NCBI GenBank assembly: GCA_000434395.1
Contig: FR878755.1
Location: 1 to 36,679, forward strand
Source: Clostridium sp. CAG:568
GTDB lineage: Bacteria > Bacillota_I > Bacilli_A > RFN20 > CAG-288
Length of the DNA stretch: 36,679 bases
Direction: 5' to 3'
In this document: positions 20,923 to 31,053 of the stretch, in pieces
How the letters are laid out: every line of letters begins with the position of its first letter
Position numbering within the stretch: position 1 is the first letter of the stretch
Translations under genes and position numbers: made by a program
The notes under the pieces: model-generated
The model's input: only the letters and a program-made list of their open reading frames with translations
Told to the model about the DNA's origin: nothing
Database searches by the model: none

Positions 20923-22815
20923 TTAATTCAATAATTCTTTTATTTTCCTTTTTATATAAAACCTTAAAGGTTCATCCATAATATACAAATAAGTTCCTTT
21001 TTGACCTCTGGTCATCAAGACTTTATATGTGTTTCTAATAAGTCTGTCTATTATTATTTTATCATTAGGATCTATCCTTTGTTTGTGAGGTCTTTTAAAT
21101 TCTCCAGATTTCTCTGGATGCTTTGTATAGTCGGTTTGTATTAGGCCATCCCTATAAATGAAATCATCACCGATGATTAATCCGACATAATCAAAATCCA
21201 TTCCCTGAGATGTATGGATACATCCTACTTCATCGATTGATGTGGGATCGACTGCAAATTTTTTATCTTTATTCCAAATGGCGTGAAAATCGCCTATGTT
21301 TATATCTTTCTCATCGTCGGACAAATCGCTTAATTTGCTTTTTGGCATTCCCATTGTTTTCCAAGGGAAAACATCGCCTGATAACATCCTAGAATGCTTG
21401 TTTCCTGTTTTGTTCTTTTCAATTATGACATCTCGCATTTTGCATAAGTCATCGAAAACTTTAATGTCGTAATCAACCTTCTCACCAGATTTAATAAAAG
21501 GCTTGTTGTATAGAATGGATTCTAGCCAAGCTATGTATTCATCGCTGCCGTTGCATCTGAATTGAGACCTTAAGGTGTATTTAGAATTGTCATCTACAAT
21601 TGCGTGTTCGGCTTTTGCAGCTGCTTTAATATTTTCGATTGTTCCATAATCCTTGATGTCGATGCTTTGATTCTCATCGATGAAAAAAACACTGTTCTTA
21701 GCTGCGTGAATAATCTCTTGGATTTGATTGTTTCCATAGAACATATATGACTGTTTTGTTTGCTTAGTGAGACGATGGGCCTCGTCGACTATTAAACAAT
21801 CAAATTCGTTGAGATTTGAATCATTATAGAATTGACCTGATCCTAAAAACAAAGATCTTAACTTCTGATAATCTGGAATATCTTTCGTTAATTTCTTTTC
21901 ATATGCTTCTTTTATATAGCTTGACTTAGCTACATAGAATGTATTTATTCCTTTGTTCACAAAGGCAGATAATAATTGCAATGAAATTAATGTTTTTCCA
22001 GTTCCCATTCCACCTTTTACTATGTATACATGTTTATAAGGTGATGATAAGTTGGCTATTATATTTTTATATAGGTTTGAATATACGATTCTTTGATCAT
22101 CAATTAATTCGAATTCTTTATTTCCCTCAAGGATTTTAGCTAATGAATCCGATAAATTCTTTGAAGGCTTTATCTTTCCATCAGAGATTTCAAAGAGGAT
22201 ATTATTTTTTGATGGCTTTTTGATATATTTTCCAACAAACTCTGCCAACTTAAAATAATCGTTCATTATATAAGGATATGCTTTTTCAATTCCTTCTTTA
22301 TAAATAGGATTATCTAATTCTTCTTTATAACATTCTCTATAGTTATGTAAAAAAGCACATGCATGAATCTCAACATTATTTTGCTCTACAAATTCATTAA
22401 AGTTTGATATTGTCGATTTGTACGAATATGCTTGCCATGATGGATGTACTTCTTCTGTGTTTCGACCATAATAATCAACGGTTACAATATCGGGCATATC
22501 AGTATGCTTTACTTTTTCCCATTGTTTTAGTTCGACAATTATTGCATGATCTTTATTTTTATCATCGGCACCAGCTATGATGAAATCTATTCTTTTACAA
22601 GTTAATGGGATTCTCATCTCTAGAGCTACTTCTGCATCTAATGGAATGTCTTGGTTGAATTTTAATGCCGTAGCAATTGCGGGTAAAGAATTATGAAATG
22701 CTCGCAATTGACTTGGACCAAAGTTCATATTTGTTTGAGCTTTAATTTTATTTTCGATTTGATCACTATCAATATCCTCATAGAATCCTTTTAGCGTTGA
22801 ACTATATGTTCTCAT
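20923..22815 (-). CDS. PD-(D/E)xK nuclease / SF1-like P-loop ATPase fusion (DUF2075/Schlafen-type helicase-like); candidate defence protein
   Basis: N-terminal D...ExK motif (RIDFIIAG...AIIVELKQW). Walker A GGMGTGKT, Walker B DCLIVDEAHRL. SF1 motif VI-like IHTSQGMDFDYVGLIIG. 630 aa. Convergent with rnr. Confidence 0.7.
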   Translation of the reverse strand: MRTYSSTLKGFYEDIDSDQIENKIKAQTNMNFGPSQLRAFHNSLPAIATALKFNQDIPLDAEVALEMRIPLTCKRIDFIIAGADDKNKDHAIIVELKQWEKVKHTDMPDIVTVDYYGRNTEEVHPSWQAYSYKSTISNFNEFVEQNNVEIHACAFLHNYRECYKEELDNPIYKEGIEKAYPYIMNDYFKLAEFVGKYIKKPSKNNILFEISDGKIKPSKNLSDSLAKILEGNKEFELIDDQRIVYSNLYKNIIANLSSPYKHVYIVKGGMGTGKTLISLQLLSAFVNKGINTFYVAKSSYIKEAYEKKLTKDIPDYQKLRSLFLGSGQFYNDSNLNEFDCLIVDEAHRLTKQTKQSYMFYGNNQIQEIIHAAKNSVFFIDENQSIDIKDYGTIENIKAAAKAEHAIVDDNSKYTLRSQFRCNGSDEYIAWLESILYNKPFIKSGEKVDYDIKVFDDLCKMRDVIIEKNKTGNKHSRMLSGDVFPWKTMGMPKSKLSDLSDDEKDINIGDFHAIWNKDKKFAVDPTSIDEVGCIHTSQGMDFDYVGLIIGDDFIYRDGLIQTDYTKHPEKSGEFKRPHKQRIDPNDKIIIDRLIRNTYKVLMTRGQKGTYLYIMDEPLRFYIKRKIKELLN

Positions 22816-22933
22816 ATTTCTTTAGCTCCTTTGTGAATAATATTACGTCTTTTCTCAATCATCAAAACTGGTAATTATTATTTAGTCTATAAAACGAATG
22901 TTTTTCTTTGTTAAAATACATCTGGTGATATAA

Positions 22934-23338
22934 ATGAGAAAAGATAGAATTGATCTTTGCTTAGTTGATATGCAGGGAAGATTATTTGAAAATTCAAGAA
23001 AATATAATTTTGATAGTGAGATTTTTATTGAAGTTTTTATGAATTCTGATATAGCTAAAGATTTGGACTCTAAAATAAGTATTAAAAAACTAGCAAATGA
23101 TAAGATAATCATGAAGAAATTCTTGGAAAGTAGTAAAAAGAAGCTAAGCACTATAGGGAATAGTTTTGATGAAGAAATCTTATATTGGATCGGTTATGTA
23201 TATAGATATTGGAATATTTTAACTGGTGAATCTAGCAAAGATATTTATAAGAAAGCTCCAGTAAGACTTATGGAAGAAAAATATGATGAATATCATCTTG
23301 TGGATATAGAAGACGTAATTGACATTTTAAGAAAGTAA
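22934..23338 (+). CDS. hypothetical protein (134 aa), divergent from the nuclease-ATPase gene
   Basis: ORF with coding-like composition. No recognisable motifs. Confidence 0.45.
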   Translation: MRKDRIDLCLVDMQGRLFENSRKYNFDSEIFIEVFMNSDIAKDLDSKISIKKLANDKIIMKKFLESSKKKLSTIGNSFDEEILYWIGYVYRYWNILTGESSKDIYKKAPVRLMEEKYDEYHLVDIEDVIDILRK

Positions 23339-23586
23339 TATTTTTGTGATGATTAGAGCAACTATAAAATCCACTGTTTTATCAAATTCAAAAATTAATT
23401 ATTTATTGTATCTAAGACTTGTTTATGTCTGATATGTTGTGTGTCCATAATCTGTTTAAGTTTATGGATACGTAAAAAAAAGGAGATAAAACTCAATATT
23501 TTGAGTATTATGCGTTTTGATAGTTCTAAACATTCGATTTTGTGGTATAAAAAGTAGCAAATTTTCATAATAAAGGTGGTAATAGC

Positions 23587-24138
23587 ATGTGTACAGAGGA
23601 TATTATTCAATTTGAAATAGATAAATTCTTGGAAAAGAAAGAAATTAGTGTTCCCAAAAAGAAGAATGATTTCATTGATTATAGAAGTGAAGATTCAACG
23701 CAAGGCGTCCCACCTCATTTATGTGTCAGATTTTCAACCCCTGAAATCGATGCAATAAATAAGAATTATCCTGCTCAAGATAAAAAGGTTATTGGAAAGT
23801 TTAGATTTAGATATTTCTGTCTTTTCGAGCTTTACACATTTGATACACATGACGAGCAGTCCCATGAAGGATACACGATAGATTTAACCTTCCCTATTCC
23901 TGATGAGGATGATGCATTAACACCTATTAGAACTGAAGCATTTAATAGGATTAAAAAAGTATTCGTTGATAGACCCTGGGCAAGACCATATAGTGGAGCA
24001 AATTGGCATCATCTTAGAGTATTCGAAGTTTCAGAGAAATCGATGAAAGAAGATCCTAGAGGTTTCGAAGTAGCCTTAAGAGAATTCTTGGATAAAGGAA
24101 TCCAAACAGCAATCGATTTGTCAAAGAAGTTAAATTGA
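23587..24138 (+). CDS. hypothetical protein (183 aa)
   Basis: RBS AAAGGTGG before the ATG. Extended -10 (TGTGGTATAAA) upstream. Followed by a strong terminator. No family recognised. Confidence 0.5.
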   Translation: MCTEDIIQFEIDKFLEKKEISVPKKKNDFIDYRSEDSTQGVPPHLCVRFSTPEIDAINKNYPAQDKKVIGKFRFRYFCLFELYTFDTHDEQSHEGYTIDLTFPIPDEDDALTPIRTEAFNRIKKVFVDRPWARPYSGANWHHLRVFEVSEKSMKEDPRGFEVALREFLDKGIQTAIDLSKKLN

Positions 24139-24144
24139 TTAGAC

Positions 24145-24172
24145 AAGACCTTCTGGGGAAGGTCTTTTTCTT
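24145..24172 (+). terminator. rho-independent terminator
   Basis: AAGACCTTC-tggg-GAAGGTCTT followed by TTTTCTTT. Confidence 0.7.
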
Positions 24173-24266
24173 TATTCTTTTCATGAGAAAGTTAATTAAT
24201 TATAACAACCTAAATAGAAAAACACTTTTATCATATACAATTGAATTTTGATAAGAGGTTGAACAT

Positions 24267-25385
24267 ATGAATAACGATGCCGATATAAAGATGAGTTGGT
24301 TGGATAGGAAAAAAGAAGAATACAAGGAAGACTTTAAGCAAACATTTTTAAGTTTACCTCCTAAGAAAGTTGCGATGAACTTGATTCTGATATTTTTAGG
24401 AAGTGTATTGCTAGCTTTTGCAACATCATTCTTTCTAATTCCCGGAAATATTGTTATGGGTGGAAATTCAGGAATAGCTTTGACTATTATGGAAATAATA
24501 AAGAGATCGACAAACAATAACTATCCGTCTTGGATAGATACTGATTTTATTATTCTATTGTTGACTATTTTCTTTTTTATTTTAGCCTTTATCCTATTAG
24601 GATTTTCATCTTTGATCAAGAATAGTATTTCAGCTATTACTTATCCATCTTTTGTCTTTATATTTACAGCTATTAGAAATGTCGAATCATTTCATTATTT
24701 GAGAATAGAAGAATATATGTCTTCATATCCTAATCCTGTTATAGGAAGTGGATATGATCTTTTAGCTGTAAGCATTGTTGCAGCAGTATTTGGCGGTGTT
24801 TTTATGGGATTGGCAACTTCTTTAGCCTTTAAAGGAGGTGGAAGTGCTGGTGGAACTACGTGTCTCGTGGTTTATTTTAGTAAACACACAAAGATGAAGG
24901 CTCATACTGTTTCGATTATCATCGATATAATCATAATTGCAGCCGGTATGTTTGCTTACATGGATATCATCACTTCTTTGATAGGCATAATGTCTGCTGT
25001 TATATGCTCTCAAATCATAGCGAAGGTGTTTGTCGGTGGATCACAAGTATTGCATGCAGAAATCATATCTTCTCATTGGGAAAACATATCTCATGCTATT
25101 CATACTAAGATGAGAAGAGGAACTACTATTTATACAGCACAAGGTGGATATACAGGTGTTGAAAGGAAAGTTGTATATGCATCTTTCACTAAAGAAGAGT
25201 ATCAAGATTTCTTAAAGATTGTAAACGACGAAGATCCATCAGCTTTTATCACTATCACTAATGTTTATGATGTTTCTGGTGGTTATGGATTTGCTAAGAA
25301 ACGAAATAAAAATATTAAAGAAGAGCCAAAGCTTCTTGATACTAAAGAGAAAATAGAAGAAAATAAAGATGATAAGAAAGAGTGA
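24267..25385 (+). CDS. YitT-family membrane protein (DUF161 + DUF2179)
   Basis: Multiple TM helices, then a C-terminal DUF2179-like segment (GGYTGVERKVVYASFTKEEYQDFLKIVNDEDPSAFITITNVYDVSGG). Confidence 0.8.
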   Translation: MNNDADIKMSWLDRKKEEYKEDFKQTFLSLPPKKVAMNLILIFLGSVLLAFATSFFLIPGNIVMGGNSGIALTIMEIIKRSTNNNYPSWIDTDFIILLLTIFFFILAFILLGFSSLIKNSISAITYPSFVFIFTAIRNVESFHYLRIEEYMSSYPNPVIGSGYDLLAVSIVAAVFGGVFMGLATSLAFKGGGSAGGTTCLVVYFSKHTKMKAHTVSIIIDIIIIAAGMFAYMDIITSLIGIMSAVICSQIIAKVFVGGSQVLHAEIISSHWENISHAIHTKMRRGTTIYTAQGGYTGVERKVVYASFTKEEYQDFLKIVNDEDPSAFITITNVYDVSGGYGFAKKRNKNIKEEPKLLDTKEKIEENKDDKKE

Positions 25386-25394
25386 GGATTTAAA

Positions 25395-26273
25395 ATGGAA
25401 AAATTATTCTTGGATGCATTTGATGGCGAGAAGATTCCAGTAACTTTCTTCCCTTGCGATAATCCTAAAGGATTATTTCAAATTATTCATGGGTCTTTGG
25501 AGCATAAGCAAAGATATTATGATTTCTGTGAATTCTTAAACAAAAATGGGTATGCGGTAATTATTTCTGATTTAAGAGGGCATGGTGAATATGTCAACGA
25601 GAAATATCCTCGTGGTCATTTCATCAATCTTGATGAATTGATCGATGATGCCGTAGTGGTGACCCATTTCATCAAGAGCAAATATCCAGGCAAGGATTTG
25701 ACTTTGTTTGGACATTCTTTAGGAAGCCAATTAGCTAGAGTATATCTAGAAAAGCATGATGATGAGATTAAGAATCTCATATTGACTGGGACTGTTGAAT
25801 ACGAGCATTTCGCTTGGCTCGGTGATTTTATGTGTGGTGTAGTAGCTTTCTTTAAAGGCGGATACACTAAAAAATCCAAACTATTAAAAAATGCTAGCGG
25901 TCTAGCAAAAGATGAGAAACTTTGGCTTTCTTATAGTCAAGAAAACATTAGAAAGAAGAATGCGGATGAGCTTTTTGCAGATGAGTTTACCATTGGTGGA
26001 TATAAAGTGCTAATCAAATCTAATAATGAAATTAGAAAGATCAAACATTATCAATGCAAGAATCCTGAATTAAGAATCAGATCTTTAAATGGAGATGGCG
26101 ATTTCTTGACTGGATATGATAAGGGTTTAACTAAATCGATGAATTACCTCAAAAAGATAGGATATAAAGACGTCGAATATAAGAGATATGATCATATGCT
26201 TCATGAGATATTAAATGAAGACAATCATCAAATTGTATATGATGATATCCTTAAATTCATCGAAAGCAAATAA
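25395..26273 (+). CDS. alpha/beta hydrolase (lysophospholipase / monoacylglycerol lipase-like)
   Basis: Nucleophile elbow GHSLGS. HG oxyanion region IIHGSLEH. About 290 aa. Confidence 0.75.
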   Translation: MEKLFLDAFDGEKIPVTFFPCDNPKGLFQIIHGSLEHKQRYYDFCEFLNKNGYAVIISDLRGHGEYVNEKYPRGHFINLDELIDDAVVVTHFIKSKYPGKDLTLFGHSLGSQLARVYLEKHDDEIKNLILTGTVEYEHFAWLGDFMCGVVAFFKGGYTKKSKLLKNASGLAKDEKLWLSYSQENIRKKNADELFADEFTIGGYKVLIKSNNEIRKIKHYQCKNPELRIRSLNGDGDFLTGYDKGLTKSMNYLKKIGYKDVEYKRYDHMLHEILNEDNHQIVYDDILKFIESK

Positions 26274-26375
26274 AAATTCAAATACTAAATAACTGCTGAG
26301 AAACTCCAATTCTTGGAGTTATCGGCAGTTTTCTTTTTGATGTATTGACAAATATAATAGCTAGTTTTAGTCTAT

Positions 26376-26399
26376 AAATAGTTGATTAATCAACTATTT
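26376..26399. promoter_or_regulatory. 24-bp perfect palindrome, probable MarR operator
   Basis: AAATAGTTGATTAATCAACTATTT equals its own reverse complement. Lies just downstream of a TTGACA -35-like hexamer and directly upstream of the marR-family gene. Confidence 0.6.
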
Positions 26400-26411
26400 A
26401 AGGAACAGTCT

Positions 26412-26843
26412 ATGGATGAAAGATATCGTTATATAACTAAGATTAGTAGAAATCTGGATTTGTATAAGAGAAAGAACAAAGAAATGGATGACTTTTCATC
26501 TTCTGAAGAAATGTCTTTGCATTTGATAAGACATAACAAAGGCATATCTCAGGAAAGACTATCAAAGTTGTTAGGATTAGATAAAGCATTGATAACTAGA
26601 ATAGTAAAGAAATTGATAGATCAGGGCTTGGTCGATAGAAAGAGAAGCCAAAAAGACAAAAGGGCATATGAACTTTATCCAACTGATAAAGCTGAGTCGT
26701 TTAAAAAGGATATCGTCGATTTAGAAGACAATTATTATCGATCAGTTTTCTCTGTTTTTAGCGATGAAGAAAAAGAACAATTTTTATCTTTATTGACAAA
26801 AGTATATACAAAATCAAAACAGATTAGAAAGCAAGGAAAATGA
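26412..26843 (+). CDS. MarR-family transcriptional regulator
   Basis: Winged HTH (ISQERLSKLLGLDKALITRIVKKLIDQGLVDRKRSQKDKR). Start chosen at the ATG with AAGGA RBS rather than the ATG at 26382 inside the palindrome. Stop overlaps the start of the downstream ABC exporter. Confidence 0.75.
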   Translation: MDERYRYITKISRNLDLYKRKNKEMDDFSSSEEMSLHLIRHNKGISQERLSKLLGLDKALITRIVKKLIDQGLVDRKRSQKDKRAYELYPTDKAESFKKDIVDLEDNYYRSVFSVFSDEEKEQFLSLLTKVYTKSKQIRKQGK

Positions 26844-28483
26844 AACACTATAATAAAATTAGATATTATTTCTATTATCTTTGGGGGATACTAGTTCCTT
26901 TAACCATCACTGGAATTCTTTATGATTCGTTGATGAGTTTTATCCCTAGGATAGAAGGAGATGCTATCAATAGCATCAAACAACAAAATACTGATTTGAT
27001 TATCAAATCAGCATTGATATTTTTAGGCTTGACAATTTTTGTTCAAATAAACAGATTTTTGAAAAGATATCTAGTTAGAGTATTTTCAAATAAGATGAAT
27101 TATTTGATGAGAAATAAATGCTTCAATCATATGTTGAGTTTGGATATGGTCTTTTATGAGCAAAATAAAGTTGGAGATATCCTGAATAAGAATACGACTG
27201 ATATTTCTGATACTTGTGAAAGTATCAGGAAATTGACTACAGAGATATTTGATACAGTGATATTGATGATCGGATATATAGTTTCTTATTTTTTATTAGA
27301 TTATAAAATTGCCCTTATGAGTCTTCCTTTTGTTCTCATATCTATAATTATTTCTTTGCTTCTAAAGAAGAAAGTATATATGACTACAAAAGATTACAAA
27401 GAGTATTCATCTAAGTTTAAAGATAGTACTTTGAATATGTTGAAGAATGAGATTTATTTTAGAGGAATGGGAGTAAATGAGAAATATATAGATCAATATT
27501 CTAAAGAAGTCGACATATTAGCTAAAAAGAATGTGAAGAACTTAGTTTATAAAGCTAGTATGGAATCTATATATTCATCAATTGGATTTATAGGATTGTT
27601 CTTTGTCTTATACTTTGGCTTAAATAATGTTATCGATGGAACTTATGATATAGGAAAATTCACAACTATTCTTACAACTTTTGTTTTGATAGCCAATAAA
27701 GGATCAAAGGTTGGAAAATCTTTCAATGCATATCAAGGGCTTAAAGTTACCTGGAAACGTATTAAGCCTTTCTTAGAAGATGATATAGAAAAAGAAGAAG
27801 AATATCAGTTTAATTCTGATGGATTATCTTTAAACGATTTCTCATATTCTTATGATGATTTTAAAACTCCAACTATAACTTATAGTTTTAATAAAGATGA
27901 AAAGATTGGAATTGTAGGTAGAGTGCATACAGGAAAATCAACTCTCTTAAAGTCTTTAACTGGTCTATATGAATATGATGGGGAAGCAAAACTAAATGGA
28001 ATAGATTTAAAAGATTTATTTAAATCTAAAAATCAAGTTATTTCTTATTGCCCTTCTAAAGAATCTTTATTCAAAGATTCTATTGCTAATAACATTGAAT
28101 TAGGTAGAGATGGGAATATAAAAGAAGCCTTGAATTCAGCTTGTCTTACAGATTCTCAATTAGATATCAATACTGAGATCAATCCGACAATGGTGAATAT
28201 CAGTGGTGGTCAAAAGCAAAGATTGATGTTAGCTAGAAGCTTGTATCATCAATCTAATATGTATTTACTCGATAATCCATTTTCTTCTTTGGAAAGATCG
28301 ATGTCTGAATCTATTTCAAATCAAGTATTAGATATGAACGGATTGTTTTTCATCGTTACCAATGATGAAAATATTTTGAAGAAACTGGATAGAATCATTT
28401 ATTTGAATGATGGAATAGCAAAGATAGATACATACTTTAATCTATTGAAAGATGATTCGTTTAAATCTTTGGTGGAAGGGTGA
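26840..28483 (+). CDS. ABC exporter, fused permease/ATPase subunit 1
   Basis: Six-TM domain plus an NBD with Walker A GRVHTGKST and signature ISGGQKQR. Confidence 0.8.
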   Translation: MKHYNKIRYYFYYLWGILVPLTITGILYDSLMSFIPRIEGDAINSIKQQNTDLIIKSALIFLGLTIFVQINRFLKRYLVRVFSNKMNYLMRNKCFNHMLSLDMVFYEQNKVGDILNKNTTDISDTCESIRKLTTEIFDTVILMIGYIVSYFLLDYKIALMSLPFVLISIIISLLLKKKVYMTTKDYKEYSSKFKDSTLNMLKNEIYFRGMGVNEKYIDQYSKEVDILAKKNVKNLVYKASMESIYSSIGFIGLFFVLYFGLNNVIDGTYDIGKFTTILTTFVLIANKGSKVGKSFNAYQGLKVTWKRIKPFLEDDIEKEEEYQFNSDGLSLNDFSYSYDDFKTPTITYSFNKDEKIGIVGRVHTGKSTLLKSLTGLYEYDGEAKLNGIDLKDLFKSKNQVISYCPSKESLFKDSIANNIELGRDGNIKEALNSACLTDSQLDINTEINPTMVNISGGQKQRLMLARSLYHQSNMYLLDNPFSSLERSMSESISNQVLDMNGLFFIVTNDENILKKLDRIIYLNDGIAKIDTYFNLLKDDSFKSLVEG

Positions 28484-28485
28484 TT

Positions 28486-30069
28486 ATGATAAAGAAATTA
28501 CTTTGGGAATATATTAAGCAAAATAAAATAAAATCAATTTTATGTATTCTTGCTTTAGTTGTTTCTATTCTTCTGTCTTTGACTCCAGCTCAGTTAATTA
28601 GAATAATAACTGATGATTATTTAGATAGGAATAACATGGCTGTCTTAGTTATTCTTATTTGTGCTTATGTCTTATTTTATGTCTTATATGGATTATCTAA
28701 TTTCTTAAAGAATTATTTGCTTCTTTCTTTTTCACAATATTATTTTGCATATGTTAGAAAGGCTATGATAAATCATTATTCCAAGATTGATTACAGGCTT
28801 TTAACTGATGTAGATATAGGAACATATGAAGGATATTTTGGAAATGATTTGAATTCGTTAAATAGTCTTTTTGAAGATGGAATAATAGATATGATCAGCG
28901 ATTTGTTTAAGATGGTTGGAATATTAATATCGCTTTATATGTATAGCTATATATTTGGTCTGATAGTCACTGCCATTTTACCTTTGATAATATTTATGAC
29001 TTTATTCTTTCAAAGAAGGATGTTAAAAGCACAAAAGAAAGTTAAATCTTGTGATGGAAATGCTAATGAAATTCTATTTGAATCTATAGAGAATATAGAA
29101 CAAATAAAAATAAATAAAGCATATAAATATTCTAAAAATAGATATGAGACTATTTTAAATACTAATTATAAGGAAAGCCAAAAATCTTATTTCTATGATG
29201 CAATATTTTCACCGATAATGCAGATGATTAGATGTATTTTGATTGCAACTATAATCTTAGTTTCAGGTTTAAAACCCGACATATTTAATATGACTGTTGG
29301 AATGATCATCTCATCGTTGAGTTTGATAAGTGATTTGTTTTCTCCAATTGAAAATATAGGAATGGAAATACAAACTATTCAACAATCCATCGCTTCATAT
29401 CAAAGATTAAATAAGTTCTTTGAATATTCTGAAGTCTTGAATAATAGCGATGAAATAAAAGGATATAGTATTGAAATTAAATCATGCAGTTTCAAATATG
29501 AAGATAAAGATGTTTTATCTAATTTTAATCTTGATATAAAAGAAAAAGATAAGATTTTATTAAAAGGTGAAAGTGGAAAAGGGAAATCGACTTTAATGAA
29601 ACTTATTCTTGGCTTGTTAAAGCCGAATGAAGGTGATGTATCAATAGGAGGGAAACCATCATTCTTATTGAATGAAGAAGAAAGAAATAGATTGTTTTCT
29701 ATCGTTTATCAGGATCCATTCTTCAATGGTGGAACCATTTATGAAGAAATGACTTTATTAAATGATTCGATTTCAAAAGAATCAGTATTCGACGCTTTAA
29801 ATAAAGTGGGATTATCGAAGATAAAAGACATAGATATAAAATTAAATCCTAATGAATATTCTTCTGGAGAACTTCAATTATTTAATATAGCAAGGATATT
29901 ATTGAAAGATTCATCAATCATCTGTTTGGACGAAATGAATTCTAAAATAGATTCAATTACAAATAAACAAATTATTAGCTTGATTAATAATTTGTTTAAA
30001 GATAAGACTATTATTTCTATAAATCATTTTGGAGAGAGCATAAACAATGTTAAGATTGTTGAATTATAA
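28486..30069 (+). CDS. ABC exporter, fused permease/ATPase subunit 2 (degenerate signature)
   Basis: TM domain plus an NBD with Walker A GESGKGKST. The signature is degenerate (SSGELQLFNIAR) and the Walker B is CLDEMNS. Forms a heterodimeric pair with subunit 1. Confidence 0.8.
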   Translation: MIKKLLWEYIKQNKIKSILCILALVVSILLSLTPAQLIRIITDDYLDRNNMAVLVILICAYVLFYVLYGLSNFLKNYLLLSFSQYYFAYVRKAMINHYSKIDYRLLTDVDIGTYEGYFGNDLNSLNSLFEDGIIDMISDLFKMVGILISLYMYSYIFGLIVTAILPLIIFMTLFFQRRMLKAQKKVKSCDGNANEILFESIENIEQIKINKAYKYSKNRYETILNTNYKESQKSYFYDAIFSPIMQMIRCILIATIILVSGLKPDIFNMTVGMIISSLSLISDLFSPIENIGMEIQTIQQSIASYQRLNKFFEYSEVLNNSDEIKGYSIEIKSCSFKYEDKDVLSNFNLDIKEKDKILLKGESGKGKSTLMKLILGLLKPNEGDVSIGGKPSFLLNEEERNRLFSIVYQDPFFNGGTIYEEMTLLNDSISKESVFDALNKVGLSKIKDIDIKLNPNEYSSGELQLFNIARILLKDSSIICLDEMNSKIDSITNKQIISLINNLFKDKTIISINHFGESINNVKIVEL

Positions 30070-30417
30070 GCAATAATCCTTCTTTAATTATGTAATCGGC
30101 TATATTACAATCCTACGAAAGATGGCATTAATTTATGAATAACTCAATACAAGAATTTAAAAAATAAAATTTGATTATAAAGAATCAATTAGCCTTTTTT
30201 GTCTTTGGATGTTAAGTGAATAAATGAATTAGTTCATTGACCCCTGAGCAGATATCATTCATCAACAAATACAACAATGAAGAATTATTTAGGAATCTAG
30301 TTAATTCATATAGAGATAACAATGAGAAAAGATTGTCCTTGGACTACATAATCAAGCTCAAGAACAAATCAAAATAATCTTTCATACCACTAGTATTAAC
30401 TATAATATTTGGACTTA

Positions 30418-30445
30418 AATAGCGGCCAAAAAGGCCGCTATTTTT
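30418..30445. terminator. bidirectional terminator
   Basis: AAATAGCGGCC-aaaaa-GGCCGCTATTT, an 11-bp stem, immediately 3' of the minus-strand gene ending at 30448. Confidence 0.7.
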
Positions 30446-30447
30446 CT

Positions 30448-30834
30448 TCATTTCATCGGTTCTATATACATATAGGTGGCTACCTGATTTACAAATGTCT
30501 TCGTCTCAGGACCAATGTATTTTTGGGCAGCTTTGTATATTTCTTCGCTTTCGGTTGTAAGATTTTCCAATATAGTGACTTGAAGCAAGTTTTGCACCCT
30601 ATAATCTTCGTTTTTAGCCATATCTTCAAAGAAAGAGAACGCTTTTCTCAACCTTGCATCATCTTCGTTTTCCAAAAGCCTGTAGATGAAAGGCATGACA
30701 AATATTCCGAATGACATATGCGATAACTCGTCGCCCTCATCTCCGATAACGGAATTCTTTTCACACGTAGAAAAATATTCTTTTTCTTCCGGAAATAAAT
30801 TTTTAAAATCAGTATATATAGTTTCATATTTCAT
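30448..30834 (-). CDS. hypothetical acidic cytoplasmic protein (128 aa), possibly immunity-like
   Basis: Strong RBS AGGAGG before ATG (MKYETIY...). Acidic, helical composition. No enzymatic motifs. Confidence 0.55.
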   Translation of the reverse strand: MKYETIYTDFKNLFPEEKEYFSTCEKNSVIGDEGDELSHMSFGIFVMPFIYRLLENEDDARLRKAFSFFEDMAKNEDYRVQNLLQVTILENLTTESEEIYKAAQKYIGPETKTFVNQVATYMYIEPMK

Positions 30835-31053
30835 TTTTTAGTTCCTCCTAATGCCTTTATGCGGTTACAATTTCTTTATTTGCTAGTCTAACTGGAAATG
30901 TTATTATTGCAGCAGCAGCCGGCATCTTGGTTACTCTTGCAACTAATGCAATCGTATATTTCATAGTAAAGAACCTTTTATCTATCGCTTTCAGTTATAT
31001 TGTTGATAAGATTCTTGGTTACACTATTACTAGAGGAATTATAATATATACCT

